In this document: piece by piece, positions 1-13,545 of the stretch
How positions within the stretch are numbered: the first letter of the stretch is position 1
Layout of the letters: each line of letters starts with the position of its first letter
DNA from: Bigelowiella natans CCMP2755
Taxonomy: Eukaryota; Protista; Cercozoa
DNA: 46,223 nt
Direction: 5' to 3'
Assembly: GCA_000320545.1 (NCBI GenBank)
Contig: ADNK01003272.1
Span: 1 to 46,223 of the forward strand
Notes under the pieces: generated by a model
Databases searched by the model: none
Told to the model about the DNA's origin: nothing
What the model saw: the letters and a program-made list of their open reading frames with translations, nothing else
Made by a program: the position numbers and the translations under genes

Positions 1-93
1 TATATATATATATATATATATATCCTTATAATATCATAATGGAGGAGGTAGATTGCTTGTTAGTCACCTATATCTCTCTCCCTCTCTCTCTCT

Positions 94-132
<39 letters not shown>

Positions 133-869
133 GCAAACAAACAAGAATAATAAAGATGTTGGATGATGTGCAGTTGTTATCTTGTCTTGATGAGGATGAT
201 GAAAGGAAAAGGTTATTTGTACACAACGACAACCTAAAGCTCTCATTTGTATCAACGTATTTAATAGCAAATTTAGTTCCAGAAGGGCCTGTTGGCTAAG
301 TATGTTTGCAAGTAGAAGAAGAAAAAGAAGAAGAAAAAGAAGAAGATGAGGAGGAGGAAGATGAGGAGGATGAGAAGGCGTTGAAGTGAATAATGTAAGT
401 GAAAATAGGTCTGAATAATAATATAAGTCTGTTTGCAACTATGAATGAGTGTATGATCTCTTGTACGACACGCTGATTTATTCAAGTACTTATGGGGTTC
501 TGATATTTTGTATGTAATGCTCTTAATGTATCAACAACATGTTGTTTCTTTAAGAAGACTCACAGCAGCTTTTTCATCAAGTTTTCTTTGTTTTCCCTCC
601 TCTCTGATGTTATTAACACGTCATTCTTCAAGCATTGACCAAGTGCACACTTTGTTGTGAGAAGTTTTTTTAGTGAATAGTAAGTAGACACTATTATTAT
701 TATTATCATCATTATTATTATTATCTTGCTGGTTTACCCTCTTTTGAGCTCGGAAGACTTGTCCTCCCCCTCCCACTCCTCCTCCTCTTCCTGCTCCTTT
801 CTGTCTTTGAATGTTACACCACCTCTATTTGGAACTATTCTACCTGATATTATGACGTCAATTTATTAA

Positions 870-930
<61 letters not shown>

Positions 931-1087
931 AATGTAGTTTCATCTCCATTGAGTACTACACATATCACATACTTTCAATACGAAGCTTAGAGGTGGTTAA
1001 GAGCCCCAGGCATGCACCCTTTAGCCTAAAATATTCACTCACACTCACACTCACACTCACACTCACACCCACACTCACACACAAATA

Positions 1088-1118
<31 letters not shown>

Positions 1119-1456
1119 GCATGTAGATATCTCGAAAGACCCATATCCCTCGTAGACAAGAAGGAATGTGAAAATGGAAAGGAAGGTATTCTTTACTAAC
1201 CGTTTTGAAAGTTGTTCTTTTAGGTGATCCAATGGTTTTTGTGCTTCAACAGCTATGCGCAGTAAGTACTAACATATATCAAACATATAACAACAAGATA
1301 TTATTGATCACGTAGGCTTTTAGCGTACATAAGTGGCTATGGTAGATATCTTATTATATATAAATTTAGAATATTCGGAATAATAAAGTTATATGTGGAG
1401 GAGATAGAGGAAGAGGAGGATGAGAAAAATGAACTAATTGGAGATGATGATCACAA

Positions 1457-1514
1457 TTATACCCAAATAAAATGTAGATTACTTATCAGTTTCCCCACGG
1501 ATAATAACACAACA

Positions 1515-1551
<37 letters not shown>

Positions 1552-2752
1552 TTTCATTCAGATAGCTCACGTTAACGATAATAAAGCGGGGAACAGTAGA
1601 AACGGAACGATTAAAGTTCCGCCTATTATTATTGCTGCTTTTATAACTGCAATCTATATTATCAATCCATCCTCCTTTTTCTTGATGTCTCCCTCCAACT
1701 CCTCCTCTTCCCACAGTCATCGTTTTGTTTGTTGTAGCAGCTACATCGTCCTCATTGAGATCATGATGATCATTTACCGTGGAATGTCGGTTTGAATTAA
1801 GCAATGAGCCTCGATGGATGAGTGTTGATGATGTTCTTTCGCTATAAATACTACTACTAGTAGTAGTAGTAGTGGTGGTGGTGGTAGTGGTAACATCGGT
1901 CGTCGTAATAGATGCTCTCACCGTTGTTACATTATCATTATCATCATCATCATCATGATTCGGCAAAGGAGTGATATTGACAACTGTATTGTTCCCAGTC
2001 CCTTCTTGTCGTCGTCGTTTGACCCCATTTTTTTTCCTCTCATCATTACTAATGTAAGCATCCTCCTCATATTTCTTACATACACGATTATTCTTTGCTG
2101 CTACTTCGGTATTATCATCATTTAAAGCAGGTCTATCTTTCACGCATTCGTCGTCTTCGTTTTTAGACTTTCTCTTAATTCCAAAGGTAGCATTGAAAGC
2201 TGCTACAATAAGGTTTGTTCCAGCCCCAGTAGCACCATGCATAGGACATGTTGTCTTAGAGTAGATAGTTGATGATCATGAAGTGGGGGAGGAAGAGAAG
2301 GAGGAGAAGTATGAGATGTCAAGCAAAAAGGTTTGAGTATACTGTGTGTAGTTGAGAACTGCACGATAATGATGTATACGACGACATGAAGATGTGGGAG
2401 GTTGTTGTTAATGAGTTGTAATGGTGGTACTATTGCTATTAGTACTACTACTATAGTAGTAGTATTTATATCCTCTTTCTTACATAGATACATCGCTACT
2501 ACTGCTGCTACTACCACTACCATAGTCACCATCGTTCCAGAAAAGATAAAAGGTGTTCCCATGACCGCAAATAGTAGAAACAACACGCAACCTGCACATA
2601 TAAGAAGAAAGAAGAAGAAGGAGATGAAGAAGACCAAAGATAAAACAGCAAATAGTGAGTAGGTTTCATCGAAGGAGCAGGCATCATTGACCTATATTTC
2701 GCACACACTCACATAATCTCTCAATCTCTCTGTTTTCCTTTTCCTAAAACAC

Positions 2753-2792
<40 letters not shown>

Positions 2793-3104
2793 ATGCAAAC
2801 AATGTAGTAGGTCACCAGTCCATAGTTTTAGCTCTTCAAACCAGAACTGCCGTATTATCAAAAGGATGGTGTAGTTACAATTTGTGTGTGTGTGTGTGTG
2901 TTTGCTGTACTCACCTCCCCCGAATTGATGGATCTCCTCCTGATGTGTGCTGCTGTATGAATAATACTGAGAAGTAGTGCTGAGATCATCAACCTAAGGA
3001 AGTGATTGTCATCACTGCCATTAGCAACGTAGTAGTAGTAGTAGTAGTAGTAGTAGTCGTTGTGCACTTGTTGTCTTCTTTGAAAATCAACTGACGCAAT
3101 TGTA

Positions 3105-3163
<59 letters not shown>

Positions 3164-3833
3164 GATGTGCCTATATGCGTATATGGTTCATAATGTTATA
3201 AAGGGGATGAATACAAAACATATTAATATTAGTAACTGGTAATCATCAAACATTCAGAATACAAAACATATAAAGTAGTATTAATAAGTCGTTTCATCAA
3301 ACATTCAGAAGATAATTAGCTCTCCCCCCCCCCCCACCAAGAGTGAAGTCTGCGCCATTTCAGTTCCTTTTCTGAATACGTTAGGCTATATGGCAGAGAG
3401 AGAGGTAGAGAGGAGAGATGGAAAGACAGATACATATAACAGGGTACTTATAAGCATGAGTAATGTAGCTGATGTGTTTTTCGAAAAGATGTGTTCAAAG
3501 TAGTTGCGAGATAGTTTAATTATGCGATTCTATCATCAGTTCTACACAGTAGTACTGTTATACATTTATACAGTATGTGAGATATGATATCATTATGAGA
3601 TATTATTATAATGACCGATCCATTAGCTCGATAACTGGCCTCAAGACAAATACCATGCCGAGAAAGAAGCAGCCCTGCACAAGTATTACAAATTGCCAGC
3701 TTACACGAAATCTATAAATCTATGTGATTGCGCTCGTACAGTCTAGCTATCTACAGTGTTAATGTAATAATAATGAGAATGTACATTAGCAGTATATACA
3801 CACTATACTATTGAATACAGTGCTAGCTTTAAT

Positions 3834-3869
<36 letters not shown>

Positions 3870-4322
3870 AATTTTACAGTTATAGCCTTTCCAGTAGTAC
3901 GGACAACGATGATGTATGCAGCCTCAGCGTTATGCTGTGAGATAAGAATACGAAGACAACGATGACGAGGGGTTATTATTATTATTATTAGTAGTAGTAG
4001 TAGTAGTGTGATAATAGACATGGGCGACGACAATGCAACGATTCATCTCTAGAATAGTCAAATTTCGAAACAACAAACAAAAGACAAACATACAAACATT
4101 CTTATGTGAAGGCGTAAATTCATTTGAATATTTGTTGTTCATTCTGTCCCCTCTCTGCTGTATTTTATCCCTCCCCCTCCTTCTCACCAATGCACAAGCT
4201 GCATCTTTTCCTTTGCATGCTTCTGAGAAAACCGCGGAGGAATAGCCGTATAAAAGCATCAAAACTATTATCTGTGGTGATATCCTTCGTTTTAATGGAC
4301 GACTATATGACCAGAATATCAT
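1457..4322 (-). CDS. Multi-exon gene with a ferric reductase/NADPH oxidase-like transmembrane (haem b) segment; ends not resolved, probably extends further in both directions
   Basis: Four phase-compatible GT-AG exons (3385-3338, 2993-2915, 2846-2816, 2591-2530) splice to LTYSEKELKWRRLHSWLMISALLLSIIHTAAHIRRRSINSGEFWFEELKLWTGCVLFLLFAVMGTPFIFSGTM. This has the H-x13-H pair and the downstream TG..L...M helix of Ferric_reduct/NOX TM3-TM4. Hydrophobic exons lie upstream (~3615-3710, ~3890-3937, ~4190-4300) and a long low-complexity exon downstream (~2250-1550). Confidence 0.55.
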
Positions 4323-5099
4323 TACAACATACTTGGTTGTGTAACTGTTGTGAAAATATCGATAAATATTGGAGAGTAATACCGGGTCTATTAATCAACC
4401 TATTTTTTACATTTTAATTACTGTTTGAACATGTAAGCTCTCACACGAACGTGTTGTTTTGCTACTGTTTTTGAATTGAATATATGCTTCTAATATAGGG
4501 TACTAGCAACCATCCACAAAATCTGGGAGCTCACGAATTCACCACCCTAAATCAATAAATGAAAAAGATACACTGTGAATGCATAAATTTGGATCAGTTG
4601 TATGAAGTTATTACAACAACAATGGAGAGTTCTTCCTCTTGTGCTATTAGATTTTATTATGTGTTACGATATATACCATTTGGTAGCTGCTGATAAAACT
4701 ATCCATATTTGCTCGTCTTAGACATGGACCAAATAGTAGACTTAGGAGCGTTCTCAAGGGTTTTACTATCGATGCCTTATAATTACACATTATTTCTATT
4801 ACTACTTAATCCTTTCGTTCAAGAGAGAAATGGGCCTCTGGCTTCATGAATTAATTATCTAATAGTGGCTGCTGCTGTGCAACCACCAAGAAATATGTGT
4901 GATGAATGTGCTGGTGGATTTGTGAGTATGCGTGCCACCCCACTCTGGTCATTTCTCCTAAATCTAAATATTTCTTTGAATATCATCATTATCTTCATCT
5001 TCTTGTTATATTCTTGTCCAACCAGTAGCTTCCTAAGGCACTCGAAAAGACTAACATATGCAGATATTAATATTTTGAAGACGTCAGACTCAGTTTAGT

Positions 5100-5366
5100 A
5101 TATGCTAAAATCACTTAGCACCACAGGTGGTAACCTCAATTAGTGTTAAAGCGATGATGATACAACCTGAGCGATTTTCCATCAAGATAATCGGGGTTAT
5201 TACTACCTAAAGTCGTCTCTGCATCTATGAATGCACCTTTCGGTACATCCTAGATAAAGTCGTTGTTGTTGTTGTTGTCGCATTATTTGCGATAATCATT
5301 CAGTTTGAACAACCTTAAGATACTACTAATCCCTCCTCCTTTGCCCTATGTACATTATCAATACTC

Positions 5367-5405
<39 letters not shown>

Positions 5406-5882
5406 AATATACCTACTAATTTCTAATGCAACAATCCCACGAACCAAACGATTGCAAGCCTTTTCAATACAATTATTACCTTGTATAATCCTGCATCCCT
5501 CGTTCCATTCTAATACCTTTGCCAGCAAGGGGTTTAAGTTATGAGTTTCCAGTATTGGGAGATGGTAGAGGAGGACGGAACGAATTGATATAAGTTTACA
5601 TTTCCCTGCGAATAGAGGGTCCTCGGAGACGTCGGCTGCTCTTGCGTCGATGGTGGTGGACCACCCTGTTGCCCCCCTTCTTCTGCATGGTGCCAAATAT
5701 CGAAGTATACCACGTGTTATGTTGATGTATGCAGCGCGTGGCATTGACCCTTATCATCATCATCATCATCATCATCACATGTTTAAAATCATGATGGCAA
5801 TGGGTCTCTGCAAGCACTTGCAGCTGTACCGATAGTAGTAGTACTGGTAGTAACGGCAACAACAACAACAACAACAACAACA

Positions 5883-5913
<31 letters not shown>

Positions 5914-7590
5914 TGTGGATGCTTTTGGGTCATTTTCACACTACTGATTTCAGCGAAAAAACAGCTTCAGCGCTCTCATTGTTCTTGCTACGTATTCCTA
6001 CTACGTATTCTTACTACGTATCGTACCATGATCACCCATGATCTCGATCATCTCCCGAGACACACACTCCACTCCTTGATGGGGATTGCCCAGTACTAAC
6101 CGTTGGAAACAACAACCCACGGAACTTTTCTTTTGGTCAGCATCATTGTTGGAAGCAAATGCAAGTACGAGTTGTCGCTGTTGCTGGGATGGATCACGTA
6201 AAATCCAACCAAATTGGACCCTGCGACAACAGTTAACGAGAGCAAATATTAGTAGTAGTACTACTGCGAAAGGATGTGGACATGAACTGCAATCATCAGA
6301 CGACGCGTACGCGTATCTGGTTCCGATTATTATTCCCATCTCCAAGGAATAATGTGAGGAGGCCCTGTGCAGCTTGTAGTAGTAGTACTACTAGTAGTCT
6401 CATACTATTTGCTTCTCCGCTATGAGAGAGCCTGCACGCGCTAATTGTTCCATTATAAACATTTGATATATTTATAGAGGGAGGCAATGTTGCATGCACA
6501 AGTTTAAACAATTGATTCATGTATACATGTAGACAGAGCACTTCCAGAATGAAGAGCCGACGACTTACGCATGGTGAAAAATCTACTACATTCGCATTCT
6601 ACACGTATTAAAATATTATTCTTAAAGGTATATAGTAGAGAGAATTCGCACATGAAACTTCATGCATCGCAAAATTATTTAGAAGAAGAAAAATCGGATA
6701 TAATACCGTTTCACATGTCCTCCAACTAATGCATTGTGCTCCCTACCCCTCCCCATTCTTCTCCTTTGATTTCTTCCATCGAATTATTATCTCAGTTGTG
6801 AGTTTGATTATATTCACATCGATTATTGTCCTGATCGCCTCCTACTACTCCGTTTACCATTTCAAGTAATGTCTACTGAATAAATAGGCAGAAAATGAAT
6901 AGATACGTAGTAGAAGCAACAAAGCATATTTAGTCAGAATGACTAGAAGATTTTATACCATCCTTCCAGCCAAGTTGTTTGGACATATTATTAGCTTCGT
7001 GCAGCATGCATGATCATGGCCTCTAGCTAAAGGAATGAATCACTTACTGTCATTGTGATTATTACCTACTACCTACTAGTAGGATGTACTCGCAAGGATG
7101 CAACAGAAATATGATGAACTTACCTCTACCATCCTCATCAAAAGATAAAAGAACATCTACATGGTTATATCACTACATCCCTAGAATAAGCGCTGCTTCA
7201 TCAATTCAATAAGAGCACTGTCTATCCTATCTAATGCGCCTTCTTTCTGCTCGCAGGAGTATTCATATGGCAGAATACTTAATTGCACGGCTTCATTTGA
7301 TGCAATACAGGGACGGAAACAATCCCCTTTTGCAGTCGAAGTATCGTCGTAGTAGTCTCCAAGATGAGAAACAACAAAAGATTTTGACAAAGAAGAGAAG
7401 AGAAGGGATGATGCTAACACGTACAGCAAGGGTTTGGGCGAGTGGTACTAACGTTGCTGCTCTTTCAACTCCTTCCACCACACGAAGACTTGTTCGGAGA
7501 GGAGGAAGAGGGCGCACAGAGAAGAGATTAGAAGAACAGGCAATTGTAGGAATAACCAGGAATCAAAGAGGTCGGTCGTCGTAGCTCATG
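5100..7590 (-). CDS. Probable additional coding exons of unknown function, possibly the 5' part of the ferric-reductase-like gene
   Basis: Non-repetitive protein-like stretches between microsatellite blocks (ORFs 5367-5744, 6001-6345, 7181-7429). No full spliced model could be built and no family was recognised. Confidence 0.3.
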
Positions 7591-7604
7591 ACCTCCTCCT
7601 CCTC

Positions 7605-7640
<36 letters not shown>

Positions 7641-7660
7641 TTCCCACGTAGTAGCAGTCA

Positions 7661-7693
<33 letters not shown>

Positions 7694-7783
7694 CAGCAGT
7701 AGTAGTACAATTCAAATAAACAACTCGTAGAATAAGAAGAAGGAGAAGCAGAAGACAAGACGACGACGACGACGACGACGACA

Positions 7784-8040
7784 ATGCAACCAACCGCTGA
7801 AAAGGACCACAAAATCATCGAGCATATACGCACACTTACAAGCCTAGTGCATAGAGAAATTGAAATTAATATTGATATGCTACTGCTTGTATGTTTTTTA
7901 AGGTGGTGATCGAAGCAGCGAAAAAGGAGGAAGAGATACCACCACCACTGCGGGTGGCTTTACGTTGAAACTCGAGTAGTAGCTCTGTAGCCCTGATGTG
8001 GTTCCAAAATGATTTCCAGCATCATCACTTAGAATGCTGT

Positions 8041-8071
<31 letters not shown>

Positions 8072-9742
8072 CCTAATACCTCGTCATCATCATCATCATC
8101 ATCGTCGTCGTCGTCGTCGTCGTCGTCATCGCCACCACCACCATCATCATAATCGAGTATTTTTGTGAGTACTACTAGTATGTATGCATCCCTGATTCTA
8201 CCTGAATTACGTAGTAGCTGCTCGACATCATCATCTTCATCATCATCACTTAATAATAGGGGTTTTTTTTGTTGTCAAGCAATAAAGTGTACAGATTAAC
8301 GACGGGGGGGCTGCTGCGTGCTGTAGGCCGTAAAGGTCAGCAAACCATGCGGGAGCTCGTCAAAAGTGTAGACGATTCTGTCACCCTTATAAATCGTATA
8401 GCTGAGGAAGCTGGAGATCATATCTACGGTTTATCCCTTCCAAAGGACATTAAGAGAACATCTCATAAACTAATAGCGCCATTGGCTGATGAAATTCAGC
8501 CACCGTCATCAAGCACTACAAACACAAAGAAGCAGCTCCCAAATGGCATAGTTAACCAAATTCATGCTGCTAAGGCCATCACTATTTATAAGACGACGAC
8601 TATGGGTGAGGAAGATACTGCCTCCTCAACCGCAACAGCAGCAGCAACAACAACAACAACAACAACACCTGTAAGAAGTGGGGAGAAGAAAGGATATACT
8701 ACATATGTCAGTAAATCGCCACACCCTACCCAGTTGTTATCATCGCCAACGAAGCAGAAAGATGCTGTATCTGCTCCCTCCATGAAGATGACGACAATGA
8801 CGATGACACCAAAGAAAGAGATGAGCTGCTACACTTTGATGATAGGAGGAGTAGACGCAGAAGGCTGTTTTCGAGAAGAAGAAGAACAAGAAGAACAAGA
8901 ACAAAAACAAGAAGAAGAAGCTGTTAAAAGAAGCACACGACATGGTGGCACAAATGTTATAAATGATAGGATGATATGGCATCAGCAGCAGCATCATGAT
9001 GACATCTTCAATGGACCATCGACCAACTTTCAACAAGAAGAACAAGAAGAAGAAGAAGAAGACGAAAAGAAGGAAACAAGAGAGAACCTCCACCATCACC
9101 ACCACCACCAGCAGCAGCAGCAGCACTCATCGAAGATCATCCATAATATGAAATCAGTCGTCAGTAGTAGTATATCGATAGAAACACGACATTCGAAGGC
9201 TTATCCTCTGGAGCAACCTCTTCAATCCGCTCTTTGTGTATATTCTAAATTCATTGCAAATGCTATGCAGGCAAGAAGGGAAGTGCAGAATGTCAATTGG
9301 CGTTTTCGAATTAAGTCCCAGCGAGCGATTGAAGCACTATATTTTTCATCCATTGGCAGAGGGAAACAAGCTATTACAGGTTTGAAAGGCACCTACAACG
9401 AGTCAATTAAACGCTTAAGGAGAGAGGTTGGTGAATGGGCAGATAGATGTGAAAAGGTGACCATGGAAGCTAGAAAGTCCTCCTACTACTTTCAATTCAT
9501 TAATAGGGAAGCCTTACTACGAGTTACAGCATTTAGTGACATGATCACTTTTTTCATGGGTAGTAATAACCAAATAGTCTTAGCTAATAATGAGAAAAGG
9601 GAGAAGAAGGAAGAGGAGGAGCAAGAGGGTAACAAGATTCATGAATCACCATTGAAGTTTCCAAGGACATACAAACCAGCTTCGATGGTACCGTTGATAT
9701 CATATAGACGACAAAGTAGTGAGAAACCATCACCTATATCTT

Positions 9743-9778
<36 letters not shown>

Positions 9779-10587
9779 TGATGCCATCAGCACTCACATC
9801 AAACATGCAAGTGCTACAACAGAACAACATTCATATAGAGAGGGGGGGGAGGAAAAGGAACATGAAGATGATGGTGGGTAAGGTGGCACTTGCAGATGTG
9901 ACTTCAACATCTACGTCTGAAGCAGCTATACGTGATGATCATGTGAGCAAGGAAAAGGATGAATACTACAACTACTACACTGATGGCGACGACACCCTCA
10001 TAGAAACTCCTCTGGTAGAGCTGCAACCCCATCCACGATTAGAATACAAAGACGAAACAGAAGAAGAACAACTCGACAAGAACAAACGAAAAGGGACTTT
10101 CCCCCTCTCATCCTCCTTAACGCATTGGAAATCTCCATCGAGTTTCTCAATGCAGCAGCAGCTGCTGCTGCCTGAAAAAGGTGATACAATGACCAACATC
10201 CATAATAGCGTCTTGGCCAAAAATAAAGGCACAGCGACAGTCAAATCCAAAATAATCGCACAGCAGGGACATGACAATATTGAGGTTGTGGGGAGGAGGG
10301 AACTAATGACCCTAGAACCAATTTCTCGTCTGGAGGCAGTCTATGATGACGACGACGACGACGATGATAATGATGAAAGAATATTAAGAGAAGAAGGTAT
10401 AGATACCCAGGGTGAAATTAGACATGCTCACAAGGAGTACAGGCTGCTCTACGGCAAAAATAATGATGAAAAGAATGAATACAGTGACGATGAAAAGATA
10501 GCAACTTCTGATCTAATGGAGGCAATGCCTTCCTTTATCTCAGTAGACGATGAAGAAGATGATGACTATATCAACGTTGACGTTTGA
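7784..10587 (+). CDS. Orphan protein (~810 aa) with low-complexity tracts and a central helical region
   Basis: 772-codon ORF 8269-10587, preceded by an in-frame AG acceptor at 8258-8259. Two phase-0 upstream exons (ATG 7784 MQPTAEKDHK...TSL; ~7903 VVIEAAKKEEEIPPPLR) splice in frame. Poly-T/E/Q/H/D tracts; no recognisable domain. Confidence 0.6.
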
Positions 10588-11314
10588 ACAACTAAAAATG
10601 AAAGCCGTAGCGTAATCATTCTAGCATATCGCAGCATCACAATCATCATCAAATCTATTGGTCGAATGCAATACAGAAAATTGCTGCGATTGCAATATGA
10701 CGCCAGAATAACACTGCTGATTAAAGCACAAGTAGATCGTACTGCGATCGATCCCTGATAACTGCAAGACTGCTGCAGTAGTTTGCGTTTATCTAGTTAT
10801 CAAGGCAATGCACATAATTCATTCTTCCAGTATCCTGCACAACAACACGCTGCACAATAATTACGTACTATAGCGCAGTTAATCGAAAATGAGGATCATG
10901 CACAGATTTATTGGAGCACATCTGCATGCAAGCTTATACGTAAACATCACAGAGTGTCGATCGGCTGATGAGTTCTATGTTCACTTTCCTTATTTACATA
11001 ATGATATATGAAGTTTGCATGCATAGCTAGATAGTGGCATGCAAGATTATGCTATACACCTGCACTGCTCGTATGTATCTTCTGTTGGTATGGTATGGTA
11101 TGGTATGGTATGGTATGGTTTGGTATGTCAGCTGCTGCTGCTACGCATGTAGATAGTTGCTTATATGATGCCACATTGTACGTTACCTTCGCATTCTTGG
11201 CACAACTCATGGTGAGATATTCTTCTCGCATTGTCCCCATGTCGAAGGGGAGGCGGCACACGTTAAATTGATGTGATGTTGCTGTAGTAAGTAGTAGCAG
11301 TAGTAGCAAGCTTT

Positions 11315-12438
11315 CTAAAGCACTCCCTTCGTTGATGGAATGTCAGAATGACCATCAAACGATACCTATTCGTTAAGAATTAACATTTGTCATAATGAAC
11401 AAACGATGATAAAAACGCAAAAATAGAGAAGTAACTCTTAGGAATATTCATGAGGTATTTCTGAATCAAAGATTTCATAAATGCTTATTATCGCAAACTT
11501 ATTGAAGATTCTAGGTGTGTTATTGGTGTATTATTATTATTATTATTAGTAGTAGTAGTAGTAATATGTAAGGAGGGAGATAAGAATAACCACAGCAGCA
11601 GCAGCAGCAGGAGCAGCAGCAGCAGCACCTACCGCCATTCTAAGGGCTCTTGCAAGGGCTTTGAAGGCAGCTTCAGCACGATGGTGATCGTTCTTGCCCT
11701 TTAGGCACTCCACATGGAGGGTAATTCCAGCTAGAGAGAGAGGAAGAGAGAAAGAGAGAGAGAAAGAGTAGAGAGGTGGGGAAATGGAAAATTCTCAATA
11801 TATAATATATAAATGATCGATCGTGTCTATTCCGACCCAGCTTTCTTACAAAGGTGAGGTGGATGTATGTACTCTGAAATACATAGCTGCATAGCATTAA
11901 TCAAATATGTATGATGGCGCCATAACTTTAATCAGAAGCAGCAGCAGCAACAACAATGCCAATACATGTAGATAATGATGATGATGATGATATATACCGT
12001 TAATCGCAAAGCTTTCCATAGCATGTTCCAGCATTTCAGTGGATAAAGAGCCGACACGTTCTCTCTTAAAGCCAAGTGCTACATGTGCAGAAGGCCTTCC
12101 TGATATGTCCACGACAGCCCTTGCAAGTGCCTCATCAAGAGGTACCATGGCAGATCCAAAGCGTGTGATTCCCTTCTTATCGCCCAAGGCCTGATGAAAC
12201 GCTGATCCGAGAGCAAGAGCTACGTCTTCAGTGGTATGATGGTCATCTACGTGCAGATCTCCAACGCATTTGAGAGTGAGATCCATGCGTGAGTGTTTGC
12301 TCAGAGCCATTAGCATATGATCGAAGAACCAATTCCGGAGCTCACCTGTATTATTATGTGTTGTTGTTGAATGAATAAATGGTGGGGGGGGTTGGATGTA
12401 TGAATGGATGAATGGAAGAGGGGAAGGGGGAAGGAGAA

Positions 12439-12485
<47 letters not shown>

Positions 12486-12517
12486 GGGGGGGAAGGCAGA
12501 GTACCACGATATTACAA

Positions 12518-12553
<36 letters not shown>

Positions 12554-13031
12554 CAACAACAACAACTCCAATTTTAGATTCAAACGATGATTCCTCCTCC
12601 TCCTCCTCCTCCTCCTCCTCCCTACCCACCTTTGATGTCCCTGTTCCATCAAGATTGAGTGAGAGCTTTATATCTGTTTCCTTGGTCTTCCTCCACACGT
12701 TTGCAGATCGCACCCCCCCCCCACAAGAAAAAGAAGGAGTACTAGTCAAGTTGAGAATATGCTTTATGTCGTCCATGCTCTCCAGCACCCTTTCTGCTCC
12801 AGCACCAAAGAGGACTTTAGAGACCTTGAGGGGCGATTTGGTGGGTGGCACGAATCCGATCGGCGTTATAAAGCTGTTTGCATTGAGGCATGCACGCATA
12901 TCGTCCACAGTGTCACCAATCATCAAGATTGGAGGAGATGAGGAACTACGTGCTTTCGCATCGATTCCAAGCTTAGAAAGGGCCAGTAGAATCTAGGTTA
13001 TTGACCAGCATCATGTGTATGTGTGAATATA

Positions 13032-13068
<37 letters not shown>

Positions 13069-13511
13069 GGAGGAGGGGGGGGGAGGGAGAGGGGGGGAGA
13101 GAGAGAGGACTGTTCCTTGCACCATTGCTGTTGATATGTATTGTATTATATTATAATAACGATGGCATTCAACTACTAGTAGTACTACCGGTTCTGCAGC
13201 AGGTTTCGCTGGCCCATCCTCCATGCATACTCTATAATAGTAGTTGTTATACTAATGATGATGATGATGATGAACATGATGACGAAGAAATGGACATCAA
13301 TCCAACTCAAGAAGACCCTTCTAGTCCCTCCTCACCCCCCACTTCTTCCTTCCCAGGTATCATCATGATGATGATCATTCTACGTCGTTGTGTGCGCACC
13401 TGAGATGTTTAGGGAACATTGTATCTAGGCCATGTAGTTTGAGAAAGTAGTCAGCTTCATCCCTTGGTCTCCCAGTAACTATTGCGACAGGGTACCTGAT
13501 TATCATCATCG

Positions 13512-13545
<34 letters not shown>

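Noticed and set aside
3209-3310. Imperfect intronic direct repeats (aatacaaaacata; tcatcaaacattcagaa), and a 13-mer x3 at ~5988-6021
   Set aside because: Short local duplications without regular repeat-spacer structure; not CRISPR-like, and the context is eukaryotic.
12320-12335. Programmed ribosomal frameshift regulating IGPD
   Set aside because: No X XXY YYZ slippery heptamer at the site; a sequencing error or null allele is simpler.
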